Origin: Octopus bimaculoides
Lineage: Eukaryota
Assembly (NCBI RefSeq): GCF_001194135.2
Contig: NC_068981.1
Coordinates: 128,831,793 to 128,895,792, forward strand
Length of the DNA: 64,000 nucleotides
Direction of reading: 5' to 3'
Positions 26,640 through 40,111 of the stretch are shown here, one piece after another (the first letter of the stretch is position 1; each line of letters opens with the position of its first letter). The position numbers and the translations under genes were made by a program. The notes beneath the pieces are model-generated. The model made no database searches. It was not told where the DNA came from and worked only from the letters and a program-made list of their open reading frames with translations.

Positions 26640-27575
26640 TTTTCCACCGTTCTTACAATCATCTGTGTGTCTTCATGATGTATGAAGATTTTTCAGACGG
26701 AACAACGTCTGAAGAGGAATTGATGAGGAATCTGGATGCAATAGACCGAGAAATGGAAAGGAGTGCAGGAGGAAGTTTTGCAGCTGTGGTCAGAGGACAC
26801 AGTGAAGAGCTGAGCACAGAGAGGCTCAAGAGAGACAAGTTTAAAGACATGTTATGCAGGGAGGGACAGGAAGTCATTGTGTCCCCTCCCAGCAACGTTA
26901 TAAAGTGAAACAACAGAAAGAACTGTAATATACAGAACGTTTAATCCAAAGGTAAAGAAAGTGGAGATGGCAGCAACACTACAGATCGAGAAGGCATTGC
27001 AACCAGTCTGGCAAGAGGATTAAGGTTTGCCATGGTGGAGGTGCAGTTTCATACTGCAGCGAAAGCCAGGCTACACGCAATAATTCCACTGAGAACGGAT
27101 GAGGTGGTGCTTCTACCCAGCTACCTTACAAGATGTACTTCCAGGGTGAGGGTGAAAGACATCCCTCCAGAAGTAGATGTGGCCTGGCTGAGGGCAGCGA
27201 TTCTGCTGGGTCTGGAGGATGAAACAGTGGTCTTCCAGGCTGCAAAAACAGAACCAAGAAACTGGCAGGAGCAACGCCTGGATATGGTTATCCTGGCTAC
27301 CTAGAAATAACCATGGAAACAATTAAGATAGGTGAAGAGATAGTACTTAGTGTGATAGTGGAGGGCAGGAAGCCCTGTTGTTTCAAGTGTGGTCAAAAAA
27401 AGCCACATAAGACTGAACTGTCCCCCATTGCCCACAACGGCACCAATGAGTGCCAGAAAAGAAAATATACCTCTGCCTCCAATGGTGACAAGTTCTGTGG
27501 GAGTTGACAAGGAGGAGTTGAGCAACAGAAAACTTGGCTATGTAGAAAATGAAGGAGAGTATATTTTAGATTAAA
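26640..27575 (+). mobile_element. L1/Tx1-like ORF1 (gag-like) relic with a degenerate zinc knuckle
   Basis: Consecutive frame-broken ORFs: SFAAVVRG, RVRVKDIPPEV, then VIVEGRKPCCFKCGQKKPH (CX2CX4H-like). No ORF2 follows. Confidence 0.65.
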
Positions 27576-28329
27576 AAAGAACTTTGTTTATCTTAATTTT
27601 GAAAAATAAAGGGAATATAAGAAAAACTGCATTATTTATGGGATGACCCAATATATTCTCAACATCACCTGTCATATGACAGATACCACTCTACATGCCT
27701 CATATATTTTTCCAAATGCATATTTAGATGTGTAGCCGAATGGTTAGAGTGCTGGGCTCATGATCATAGGATTATGGGTTTCAGTTCCTGGAGAGGACAC
27801 CATGCTGTGTCCTTGAACAAAGCATGTCATTTTATGATATTGTAGTCTACTCAGCTGAAAATATGTACCAGCCAAGTGCTCTCAACTTCTAGCTGTCATA
27901 TCCTCATTTTATTCCACAGAGATAATGGTGGGAAGACTGAGAGGGTGTCTGCTTGTAATTACATAGGTACCTAAAACCTGAAAACAGGTACATAGGTACC
28001 TGAAGGCATGATACATGCTACCAAGTCATATTTGCTTACAAGTGACAGCTAAGCTTTCATCCTTTAGCATCCACAGTATTCTTTCAAAAGTAATACTTAT
28101 TTATTCACATTATTTTGAATTAAACATGCATTATTTTGTAACTTATATTATTGAAGAGGGAACGACAGAATCATCTGTATAGGAATATATGTGGTTCAAG
28201 GTAACACCAACTATATCATGTGAGAGAGAGGTGGCAAAAAGAGAATGGAAAGAGAAATAAAGAAAGAACAAACAGCAAAAAGGAAAGAAGAAAAGGAGAA
28301 AGAACAAAAAAAAAATTAAAGAAAGTAAC

Positions 28330-28477
28330 CTGGTAACTGTAAAACACTATTCAGTATTTTTGTGCAGCGATGACACTGCTCTCCAGTTTCAAATATCTAG
28401 AACAAAATCAAAAAGGTCAAATTATCTGTAGGAAACCTGTACTCTGTAGAAGGCAGGTTGTGTATACCGATCGACAC
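28330..28477 (-). other. Putative non-coding (5'UTR) exon
   Basis: Strong acceptor tttcttttgatttcacAG and donor CAG|GTTACT. All three frames contain stops. Confidence 0.2.
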
Positions 28478-29689
28478 CTGTGAAATCAAAAGAAAGTTTA
28501 ATGACTGATATTTCATTGTGACGTGTGACACTGATACTAAGATATTGGTGTCATAATCTCTCAAAATCTAGGTTCTGGCATGGGAGGTGTTGGTTGTCCC
28601 TTTAGTAAAGGACATTATGTTAAGGCAAATGACCTCTACAGTCATTATTATTTTAACCTTTTAGTGTTTACACTGACCGTATCTGGCCAATGTAAATGCT
28701 ACCTGTTTTATGTTCAAACTAGCCAGATCTAGCCTCTCACACTTATCTAAAATGTCAATCTAAAAATATACAATCACATCATCAAAATCTCAAAGCTATG
28801 AGATAATACATGGTTAATTCAGTACAATGCGAATAAATAAGGATCATATTTGAAAGAATAACGTGAATACTAAAAGGTTAACTTTGAGTAAACCTATGAG
28901 CAAGCAAATTCCCACCATAGCCATCTCATCTTTTACTCTAATGTATCATTGCTTTCTTTAATACAGTAGAACAATGTAGGGTGTCTGCAACCCCTGGGAA
29001 TATGGAGGTGGCATTTCAGAAGTTGTAACAAGGAAGGAAAGTAATATACGTTATTGAAATTGCTTTTGGGAATAATGTGATTAAACTTAACACTTGAACT
29101 TACTTACTGTACGTAGGTTAATGTAAAAGAAAGAAAGAAAGAAAGAAAGAAGGAAAGAAAGAAAAGCCCATTATGCCACACCTAAATACACTTTGAGAAA
29201 AAAAATATTAGAAAGAAAGTTATTAGAAAATTGACTTTTTCACCTTCAAATGTGATATTACATTTGTAGGGACATGAGAACTAAACATTTCCTAGGGGTG
29301 TGGGACATAGAAAAGGTTGAGAACCACTGCAGTGGAGTGTAATTTGACCTCCCACTGTTTAATGTGAACATGAATAGCTAGTTTAATCTTTCTTTGTGTC
29401 TCTGCAAGTTCCTTACATACTAACAATCTCTCAACTCTGGCATTTAGCACAATAAAACAATCACATAAGTGTTATGTGAAAATAATCAAAGCTTAGCATT
29501 GTATTATAGGAAATGAGAAAGATATATAGAGAAGGGAGAGGTAGTAAAGTGACTGATTGCATGTGTGTATGAATGAGAGATACACAGATATAAAGAGATA
29601 GAGGTGGAAGTTCTATCTCTGTGGTGAAGCTCATGTAGCTGGTCAGGTTTTTTTATTACTACCATTATTACGACCACTGCAAGACAGCA

Positions 29690-30345
29690 AGCTGGCAAAA
29701 TCGTTAACACGCCAGGCGAAATGCTTAGTGACATTTCGTCTGGCTTTACTTTGTAAGTTCAAATTTTGCCGAGGTTGACTTTGTCTTTCATCCTTTTGGG
29801 GTCAGTAAAATAAGTATCAGTTGAGTACTGGGATCGATGTAATCGACTGTCCCACTCACCCAAATTTCAGGCCTTGAGCCTATAGTAGAAAGGATTATCA
29901 CTACCAGCTGGCAGAATTGTTAGCACACTGGGCAAAATGCTAAGCAGCATTTTGTCCATCTTTACATTCTGAGTTCAAATTCTGCCAAAATCAACTTTGC
30001 TTTTTATCTTTACAGGGTCAATAAACTAAGTATCAGTTAAGCCCTGGGGTCAATGTAATTGACTTATCCTCTCACCTAAAATTGCTGGCCTTGTGCCAAA
30101 ATTTGAAATCAGTATTACCATTCCCCTCATAAGGCAACGAGCTGACAGAATCATTAGTATGCTGGGCAAAATGCTTAGAAGCATTTCATCTGCCTTTACA
30201 GTCTGAGTTCAAATGCTGCTGGGGCTGACTTTGTCTTTCATCCAGTTGGGGGTCAATAAATTAAGAACCAGTTGAGTGTTGGAGTTGATGTAATCGACTT
30301 ATCTCCTCACCCAAAATTGCTGGCATAACACCAAAATTTGAAACC
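29690..30345 (+). mobile_element. Three head-to-tail family A SINEs
   Basis: Each new head (GCTGGCAGAA...) begins within about 20 bp of the previous tail. Confidence 0.85.
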
Positions 30346-30736
30346 ATCATTACAACTACTGTTATAGTAGTAGATGACAGGATCATCGGTACATTAGTGT
30401 GTTGGAATTACTAGGTGGTATTTAGTTACCACTAGCTTTTTTAGTGGCATTTAGTTGGCACTTCAGTAGACCCTCTTTACATTCTAAATCCAAATCCTTC
30501 TTAGATTGATATAAAATAAAGCATAAGTCAATTACTGAGTCCATTATTTCAACGACATCCTTCCCCAACATTTGTGACTTTGTGCCTATATTAGAAATCA
30601 TAGTAGAAGGAGAAATGGAATACAGATAGATAAAATTTCAGTAGAGACAATCACCTTGCAGTACAGATATCCAATCAGTTCTCAACCTATAATTCAGTAC
30701 AGTCACTACTCACAGGTCAAGTGTCCATAAAGGTTC

Positions 30737-30767
<31 letters not shown>

Positions 30768-30894
30768 GTGTATATGAATGTGTGTATCATAGGTCAAGTA
30801 TCCATTTAGACTCTCCTTCTGTTTATCTGTCTATGTGTACATGTGTCTGTCTGTTTCTGTTTTTCTTTCTTTTCTATATTATTCAGATACCTAA

Positions 30895-31540
30895 AGTGGT
30901 AAACTAGCAGAATCATTAGCACACCTGAGAAAATACTTAACAGTATTTCATCTGTCTTTACACTCTGAGTTCAAATTCCACTAAAGTTGACTTTACCTTT
31001 CATCCTTTTGGGGTCAATAAAATAAGTACCAGTTGAGCACTGGGGTCAATGTAATAAGCTAAACCCCATTCCCTCTAAATTCCAGGCCTTTTATTATAAT
31101 AAAAAGAATTATTATCCAGACACCTGAAAGGATGAAAAAGCAAAAATGACCTTGGGAGGATTTGAACTCAGGGATTAAAGAGATACCACTAAGCATTTTG
31201 TCTGACATGCTAACAATTCAGCCGGCTTACTAGCTTAATATTTTGAGTTTAAATCCTATTGAGACCAACTTCAACTTTCATTCTGCAGAGATTGATAAAA
31301 TTAGGACAGGTTATACTGATTTCAAATTTTGGCACAAGGCCAGCAATTTCGGAGAAGGGGGCAAGTTGATTATATTGATCCCAGTGCATAAATGGTACTT
31401 ATTAAATAGACCCTGAAAGGATAAAAGGCAAAGTCAACATCAGCAGAATTTGAACTCAGAACGTGAAGTCAGATAAAATGCCACCAAGTATTTCCCCTGC
31501 ATGCTATTGATTCTACCAGCTCACTGCCTTAAGACAGGTA
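30895..31540. mobile_element. Cluster of family A SINE copies in both orientations
   Basis: (+) 30895-31115, (-) about 31120-31250, (-) 31320-31530, plus fragments. Confidence 0.8.
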
Positions 31541-32154
31541 ATATATTAAAATTGATATAATCAACTATATTTTGACTATAAAAGACGAGGTGAATTTTAT
31601 ATTTGCTTCATGCAGTGTATTTAAGATGCATGTGTGTCTAATAGTGCCATCCCTTCTAGAACTATACCAACAAAAGAAGCTGAATGCAAGACTTCATATA
31701 AAGAAAGCACTTGTTAATGAAGAGTATACTCTTAGTGCTTAGAGCACTGGGTTGTACCACATTATGATGCTTATTTACAGTTAGGAAAGGTTGAACTACT
31801 GAGAGTTAAATGCCTTGGTCATAGGTACAAGGTAATGACTGTGGTAATATACAAACTAAGATGCTTGTGGCTGCAGGACCAATTCCCTATTGACTAAGCT
31901 AGCAGCAACTCTAAGGGTTATAAATGTAGACAGCAAATCAGTTGACCCATAAAAACTAAACATTTCAAGCCTCTCTTCTCAGAAAAGTCATTAAAAAATG
32001 TATCGTTCTTTTAAACACACACACACACACACACACACATAGGCACTAACACTAAAGACAGACTGTAGCTTTATATGTAAGTCAGTATTTCTGTAAATAT
32101 ATACAGTGTCTGTCTCTAAAGGAAATCAGAAGTTGTGTAGATATTATATGAACA

Positions 32155-32370
32155 TTGGTTTCAAATTTTGGCACAAGACTAGCAATTGTGATGTGGGAGA
32201 ATCGATTACATCAACCCAATGCTCAACTGGTGCTTTTTTTTTTTTTTATCAACCTCCAAAATGATGAAAGGCAAAGTTGACCCCAGTGCCTTTTGAACTT
32301 AGAAGGTAAAGTTGGAAGAAATGCACTAAGCATTTTATCCACTGCAGAAATAACTCTGCCAGCTTTCCAC
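32155..32370 (-). mobile_element. SINE family A
   Basis: Core and tail match. Confidence 0.75.
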
Positions 32371-33377
32371 CTTATATGAACATTACTTCTATAGTTAGCA
32401 TCTTTATAAATCAAACAAAATCAACATGAATATTTGAATAAGAGGTGCTAAGTTATGTTCCAATAAATAAAATCAACATGAATATTTGAATAAGAGGTGC
32501 CAGAGTTATGCTCCAATAAATGCACGTTTGCAGTCCAGTTATGATACTCGGCAAGAGTTATTTGATTTCACTTAAATTGTTAACACCCTCAATAATAGTT
32601 GCAATAATAGTTGCAACATCACACAGTTTTTTCTCTTAAAGTATACCTATTATACTTCAATCCTAAGCAAACACAATTTCTATAAAGAGTCAATGTTTCT
32701 ACAAACATTAGTTAATTAATATGTACATAGTACTGGAATTAATTCAACTGCCACACAACCAGACTAATGATTTTCTTCCCACTGTGCCTCATCACTTCAG
32801 GATCAATAAGTACAAGGAATATCGTGAGGGGTTCAAATCAATTACCTTTCCATTTACTGTAAATGTGATTTGTATCTCAGACAAAAAGAAAAATGGTGAA
32901 AAGTAGAGAAAATATCAATTGCTATTGATTTCAATTTTAGTAACAAAGTGAGAATCTAGATATTTTGCCAAGTGATTGACTTCTAAAACTTAATGGCTGC
33001 TTGTAGTATACTTATTTTGCAATACCTATCTTTCGATAAGTCTTTCATATTTATATGTAAACCCACTGATACCTAAGTGTGTAAATCCAGACGCATTAGC
33101 AACTATACATATGAACTTAGCACTTAGAGCTATTTACAAGCTTGTAGGTGCTTACTAACTGCATACAGTTGTACAGGTGCTTTAAATACAAGGTTACAGC
33201 TATTATGTGTATACAATCAAGTCAATATATATGTTGCCTTATATAATATACATCATAATTCTAAGGGCCTAAACTGTCATTAAAAAAACCCTGATATGTG
33301 TCACACTATATTGCACAACTGCTGCAAGAGAAGATAATCTAATAAATTAGTTTTGTAAAATTTCGTTTTACATGAGA

Positions 33378-33575
33378 CAGAAAGCTGGCAGAATTGTTAG
33401 ATTGCTGGACAAAATATCCGTCTTTACATTCTGAATCCAAATTTTGCCGAGGTCGACTTTACCTTTCATCCTTTCAGGTTGATAAAATAAGTACCAGTTG
33501 AACACTGGAGTCAATATAACCGACTACCCCATACTCAAAATTGTTGGCTTTGTGCCAAAATTTGAAACCAATATT
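33378..33575 (+). mobile_element. SINE family A
   Basis: Core and tail match. Confidence 0.8.
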
Positions 33576-34129
33576 TCATTTTACATAAAATAATTATATA
33601 TATATAGTGGGGAAAAAAGCAATCTAAAAACAATAAATTTTTTCTCAGACAATTAAAAACATGGGTTGGGAGAAATTTTGCTGTCTAATATTATGTATCA
33701 TATGCACCTCAATTGCTTTGGTAAAAAAAAAAATTTAAAAAAAAGGAGGGTGGAATTATATGTAAGGAGTTTTACAGCATAAACATACTTTACGACAGCC
33801 TAAGTATGCTTTTATATTAATAAACGCTAAATGTTATCATTGAAAACTTATTTTNNNNNNNNNNNNNNNNNNNNNNNNNNTCCCTGTCCGAAATTGAGAT
33901 GAGTGTGGGGACTTATATGTCAGTGGGTCTTATCAGATTCCAATCATTTAGAAATGTATTTCACATTTTGTTTCAGTTTTTTTTTTTTTTTATGAATAAT
34001 TATGTAAAACTAGCTTATTATTGATAACCGAGATTTAGCAACATTCTTTTTTTTTTTTAAATACAGGCTCGTAAACATAGCAGTTAACTTCATGTGGCCT
34101 TTCAACAAAAGTATCGTTAGTGCAAATAA

Positions 34130-34290
34130 CAATTAGATCGACTCCAGTACTCAACTGGTACTTAATTTATCGACTCTGAAAGGATGAAAGGCAAAGTTGA
34201 CCTCGGCGGAATTTGAACTCAGAATGTAAGGACATACGAAATACCGCTAAGCATTTTGCCCGGCGTGCTAACGATTCTGCCAGCTATTAT
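34130..34290 (-). mobile_element. SINE family A, CpG-intact
   Basis: Core and head match. Confidence 0.8.
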
Positions 34291-35371
34291 TATTAATAAT
34301 AATGATGATTTCATGTAATTGCCATAGGAGTGAAGGATGAGGGGAACACTACAAAGACATGTGTAAACCCCCAAACTTTATGTGTGGGGGTTTATATATA
34401 ATGAAATGATAAAAGGAAAAAGAAAAAAAGGAAAGAAAGTACGCACGGTATACACTGAAGAAGAAGGAACAAAAGAGCGTGGAAAAAAATCAGCGGTTGA
34501 ACAGAACAGCTGTTGAAGAGAATGACAGAATGGAGAAACTATGATGCGGAAAATAGACACTGCCGTAATTGACAACCTCTATCCTTGAAACATCCTTGAG
34601 TCGCTCGGCAAAGTCCTTGACACCCGAGAAGCTTTGTAACTAAATATAAAAGCAAGCGTCCCTTCATATGGTCAAGAAGCAAAATACACGTTTAATATAT
34701 TAATATATTATGCGCGCGCGCAATCACACACATACACACACACACACATGAGCATATATATGCTTCTATGTGAGAGATATGCATATATGACAAATATATG
34801 ACAATATATATACATATATCATCATCATCGTTTAACGTCCGTCTTCCATGCTGGCATGGGTATATATCATCATCATCAGCTAATGTCCGCTTTTCATGCA
34901 GGCATGGGTTGGACGGTTTGACAGGAGTTGGTTAGGTAGAAGATTGCACCAGGCATCAGTATGTTTTGGCATGGTTTTTACAGCTGGATGCTCTTCCTAA
35001 CGTCAACCACCCTACAGAGTGGACTGACTGCTTTTTACATGGCACCAGCATGTATAACAAAACAGGAATGTGGAAGATCTGGTATTATTTATTCATTATT
35101 ATACATGTTTCTTTGCTAATAGGAATCACAAAGCCATACATATCAGATAAACATGTAAGAAATTTCCTATTAGAAATTCATAAGACAGAGAATCAAATAT
35201 GTAATTAGTATTATTTGATTCTCTGTCTGAAGAATTTTTAATAGAAATTTCTTACACATTTATCCAACATGTACAACTATGTAATTCCTACAAGCAAATG
35301 AGGCATGTGCAATAGTGAATAACTGATACCAAAATTTCTTCAACCTTCCTATTTTGATATATCATCCTTTC

Positions 35372-35582
35372 TACTAAAGGCACAAGGCCTGAAATTTGGG
35401 TGGTGTGGACTAGTCGATTACATCAATCCCAGTGTTTCACTGGTGCTTAATCTGTCAACTCCAAAAGGATGAAAGGCAAAATTGACCTCAGCAGAATTTG
35501 AACTCAGAATGTGGAAGATGAACAAAATGCCTCGAAGCATTTCGCCCAGCATGGTAACGATTCTGCCAGCTCACCACCTTAT
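35372..35582 (-). mobile_element. SINE family A
   Basis: Core and tail match. Confidence 0.8.
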
Positions 35583-35778
35583 TTTGTTATATAACAACTC
35601 TGAAAATTATATTTCTAGAATTTTCAACTCTAATATGTACCTCACATCAATACAACAGCTACAACTACATACTATATTGTAATACTGAAATAAGCAGATG
35701 TTCTTCAAGAGAAGAACAGCTTGGACTTTACCCTACATACATAATATATACTTATGTATGTGTATGTACATTCTAGTT

Positions 35779-35999
35779 CAGTGGTTCCCAACCCTTTTAT
35801 TTGAATGAGTTTTCCTACATACCCCTTTTAATACGCTTATCTTTATGTATATATATATATATATATATATTTATTTATGTGTTTCAGCCAAGTGGCTGCG
35901 GTCATATATATATATGAAATTTTGAATTTAGTTCACAGACCCCCAGTACTACCTTTGTGGATCACCAGGAGCCTGCAGACCCCAGGTTGGGAACCACTG
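35779..35999. mobile_element. hAT-type MITE with an 8-bp target site duplication
   Basis: TIRs CAGTGGTTCCCAACC / GGTTGGGAACCACTG, flanked by TTCTAGTT and TTCTATTT (7 of 8 identical). Confidence 0.85.
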
Positions 36000-36959
36000 T
36001 TCTATTTATATAAGTTTGATGATGCAAACAGTAAAATAGCTCAAAACAATATTACATATACATTTTTATTAACAATCGGCTGAAGTTACAGAGTGACTCA
36101 AAAGTTGAAAGTTTTGTACATTGGCACTTTTCATACATGTCTCTCTACCTGCCTATCTCTCTCTCTCTCTCTCCCTCNNNNNNNNNNNNNNNNNNNNNNN
36201 NNNNNTATATATATATATATATACACACACACTTGGGCTTTAACCAAGACTCTTGAAGACAAAAATTAAAACCAAACTCTGGCTTTAATTTTTGTCTTCA
36301 TTGGTTAAATGAACAAAAGCGTTAATAAAGAATTATCCAAAATTCTGACTGCCTCCTTTTTCTCAATGTACAATATCTGTACACCACTTCAAACACTCTC
36401 TCTCTCTCTATATATATATATATAATTAGAAAATGGAAAAAAACATAAATTAACCCACATATCGATTGGACCACATTTATAGCTTATTTATTAATACAAA
36501 GCATGATATAACAAATCTTACAGCTGTTTCTAATCAGATTGCCAGAATGCAGTCTATACATAAATGCGAGAATAAAATTCTTCATCTTCATAGGGCATTC
36601 GAATTAAGGCAACAGATCTTCATCAGAGTGAAAAACAAGAGCATATAATATAAACAAAAGGACAAAGGGAAAGGAAAGAAAACATGGCTTAGACAAGTAG
36701 TCTAGAAGCCCAAGTGCACATAATTATTTACCATCAGGGCTACAAGAGCATTGATGAAAGAGTGACCTAGTAAAGGTCTGGGGAATACTACAAATTATTA
36801 ACCCATTAATAATTTTCTATATACATATTTTTCTTTACTAGTTTCAGCTCGAGAGCTGTGGCCATGCTGGGGCTCTGCCATTAGCTTTACTACACTTTCA
36901 CTACTTGAAACTTCCTCTGATATGTGGCATTTGATGAATGAGGGAGTTTGGTGTTGCTG

Positions 36960-37300
36960 CCCTCATCTGCATTTCTTACCATGAGGTAGGTTCATCCTGA
37001 ACTCTTGACAGAAGATCTTGTTTTGTTTTGCAGATGCCTACATCCACCTCAGGCTTTTGAGGAGGATATTGAAGAGAGCTATAAGCCCTTGAAACTCAAG
37101 CTGTTGCAGTATCTGGTTCTGTATCCTGATGGCAATGTTGAGATTTTTGATACAATGCAGTGGCACCCCATTCCACCTGTAAATTGTGTCCAATTCATGT
37201 AGAAGTTGAGTGACATCTCCATGGTTCTTTATCCTCTGACAGACTTTTGTACCATCTGCATAACTAGCAAGGTTAGCTATCTGAGCAGCTGAGGGCATGT
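36960..37300 (-). mobile_element. CR1-like LINE RT fragment
   Basis: SYADGTKVCQRIKNHGDVTQLLHELDTIYRW resembles (F/Y)ADDTK...LQxDLDxIYxW. Confidence 0.7.
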
Positions 37301-38044
37301 CTGAGAGGGACGGACACTCACACGCACATACACACACACACACAGAGGCATATACATATAAACAAATACAGCTACATCAAATACCATACAACACAAGTTC
37401 TAGATCTGTTCAAATTATTTCTGTCATTTCTGTCACCAGATGATGTATTACAATTACGAAATGGCAGTTGAAAACAGCTTCAGATGAGAAAGGGAGGTAA
37501 TTTCACAAATCAAAAATTCTCCAAAATTGATATTAATTGATATCAAAGAAAAGGACAAGCTTATTTTCTAAAGATGAGAATAGTCATGGACATACACATG
37601 TAAATGTATACATATATGTGTTTACATAAATAATATATAGATATAAAAAAAGGTAAAGACCCCCATCGATCATGCATGACAATGGCATTGCACCTAGAAA
37701 GTTCTGCTCTGAAGCACAAGTCCAGGCAAGGTTGTTTATGGAAGATCAACAGTTTCTCATGCATAACAGCTTTCTCTCTCCACACCACCAATGTTATCCA
37801 AAGGCAAGGGAAACGCCAATACAGCTTGGCCCCAGTAACAATGCTGGTGACACATGAAAGGCACCCATGCCAGTGATGTGTGAGAGGCACCTGTGCTGGC
37901 GACATGTACACTCTGTTGAGTAGTTGGCATTAGGAATAAACCAAGCCAAAAAAGACTGGGGCCTGGAGCAGCTCTCCAGCTTACGAGCTCCAGTCAAACC
38001 ATCTTATCTACACCAGCATGGAAAATGGCCACTTAATGATGATA

Positions 38045-38092
<48 letters not shown>

Positions 38093-38404
38093 CGTGTGTA
38101 TGTGTGTGTGTATGCATGTGTGTGTGTGTGTGTGCAGGTGTGTGTATTTTTATATGCATGTCTAACTGCATATAAGTATGCATATATATATATATATATA
38201 TATATGAGCATAAATAATATATACATATACATATATGCATATGTGTGTATATATACATATATATATATATATGTGCTTTTATGTTCCACTTGCACCGGTG
38301 CAACATGGAAAATGGATGTTAAATGATGATGATGATGATGATATATATATATATATCAGTCAAATCGTCCAACCCATGCTAGCATGGAAAGCGGATGTTA
38401 AACA

Positions 38405-38438
<34 letters not shown>

Positions 38439-38499
38439 CGATGATGATGATGACGATGATGATGATAATATATATATATATAGTTGGAATTTACAAAAA

Positions 38500-40111
38500 A
38501 CAAAACAAAAGATGAAGACGGGTGTGTAAACAACAAACAGATGTATTACTTAAACGTTCAGGAAGTGAGAAAGTCTTACATTTCGGGCCTACACTCTTCA
38601 ACAGAAAAAAAACACAGAAATAAGCAAAGAGAGAAAAGGCCGGACAGAGGTGGTCAGACAGGAGAGCTAGGAAGAAGGGGAAATTTTAAAAAANNNNNNN
38701 NNNNNNNNNNNNNNNNNNNNNNNNNNNNNNNNNNNNNNNNNNNNNNNNNNNNNNNNNNNNNNNNNNNNNNNNNNNNNNNNNNNNNNNNNNNNNNNNNNNN
38801 NNNNNNNNNNNNNNNNNNNNNNNTGTGGGGTGGGGTGGAATATATAGGGATGGTGGGTGGGAATGTGTACAGGTGGGGTAACGATGGATGGGGTGACAAT
38901 GAAAGGAGAAGGTGGAAGGGAGAAGGTGGGTAGGAGTGAAGAGAGGAAATAGGTGTGAGAGGAAGAGAGGAGAGAGGAGGGGGTTAGATGAAGAGGGGAG
39001 GAGAGTTGAGCCTGTGTGGTGCAAAGGAGAAAAGAGAGAAGATTAATTCCTGTTCACGGCAAAGATGGGTGTCCGGATGGTCCATGTGCAAGGACAATCC
39101 GAACACATACAGGTGTTGTAAAGAGTGACCGGTAGAGAGAAAATGGTGCGAGACCAGGGATGCACGGTCCACGGAACGTGCACTTGCAAGGGCGGTGTGG
39201 ATAGTGGTGAGGGGATATCCATGTAGGATGAAGAGGTGAGCCATGAGTTGAGACTGAGTCTCAAAGTCATGGTTGAGACTGCAGAGCCTGCACAGATGGA
39301 AGAATTGGGAATAAGGAATGGAGAGCTTGGTGTGTTTAGGGTGGGAGGAGGAGAAGTTGAGGTAGGAGTGTGAGTCTGTGTGTTTGTAGTGGATGGAGGT
39401 GGTGAGAGTGGAGTGATGAATGCTGACCAAAATGTCAAGAAAGGGGATGGAAGTGTCGGAAATGGCACAGGAGAAGTAGAGGGCAAGATGGAAGGATTGG
39501 ACAAAAGAGAGGAAGGAGTCTAGTTGTTTGCAGGAGAGTGAGGTCGCACCGATACAGTTGTCAATATAATGACCATATAGTTCAGGAGTGGGACCAGTGA
39601 AACTTGAGAATATTTGGGCCTCAACATAGCCAACGAACAGGTTCGCATAGTTGGGGCCCATTCTCATTCCCATGGCCACTCCCGTGACCTGCTGGTAAAA
39701 ATCACCCACGAATGAGAAGCAGTTAAGGGAGAGAACAAGTTCGGCCAGACAAAGAAGTGTGGATGCATCAGGTTGGGGGTTGGGTTGGAGGTCAAGGTAG
39801 TGTTGGAGTGCATGAAGCCCCTCATGGTAAGGGATCACCATGTATAGGCTCTTGATGTCAAGAGTGAAGAGAAGTTTAGAGAGGCCAAGAGGGAAGAGAA
39901 AAGAGTTGAACAGACGAAGAGCATGATTGGTGTCATGGATGTGAGAGGGGAGGGAAGCCACAAGGGGGGGGGCTAGGACATGGTCAAGATATCTGGAGAT
40001 GAGCTCGGTGGGGCAGTTGCAGGCAGAAACAATGGGGTGGCCAGGGTTGTTGGGTTTGCGGATTTTGGGGAGGAAGTAAATTGTGGGGGGATGCAATGGG
40101 TGCAGACAATA
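38500..40111 (-). mobile_element. Penelope-like retroelement: RT ORF, truncated GIY-YIG and terminal repeat
   Basis: 370-aa ORF with FLPKIRKP-GHPIVS, FTLDIKSLY, GVAMG-MGPNYANLF, YIDN (YIDD), PFLD and KHTDSHSYL motifs. The 5' side is lost in the gap. The terminal segment is homologous to 63490-63630. Confidence 0.92.

Noticed and set aside
32415-32520. Tandem duplicate of about 55 bp and other short local duplications (5375-5420, 13055-13098, 44228-44275)
   Set aside because: Ordinary slippage-type duplications with no further structure.
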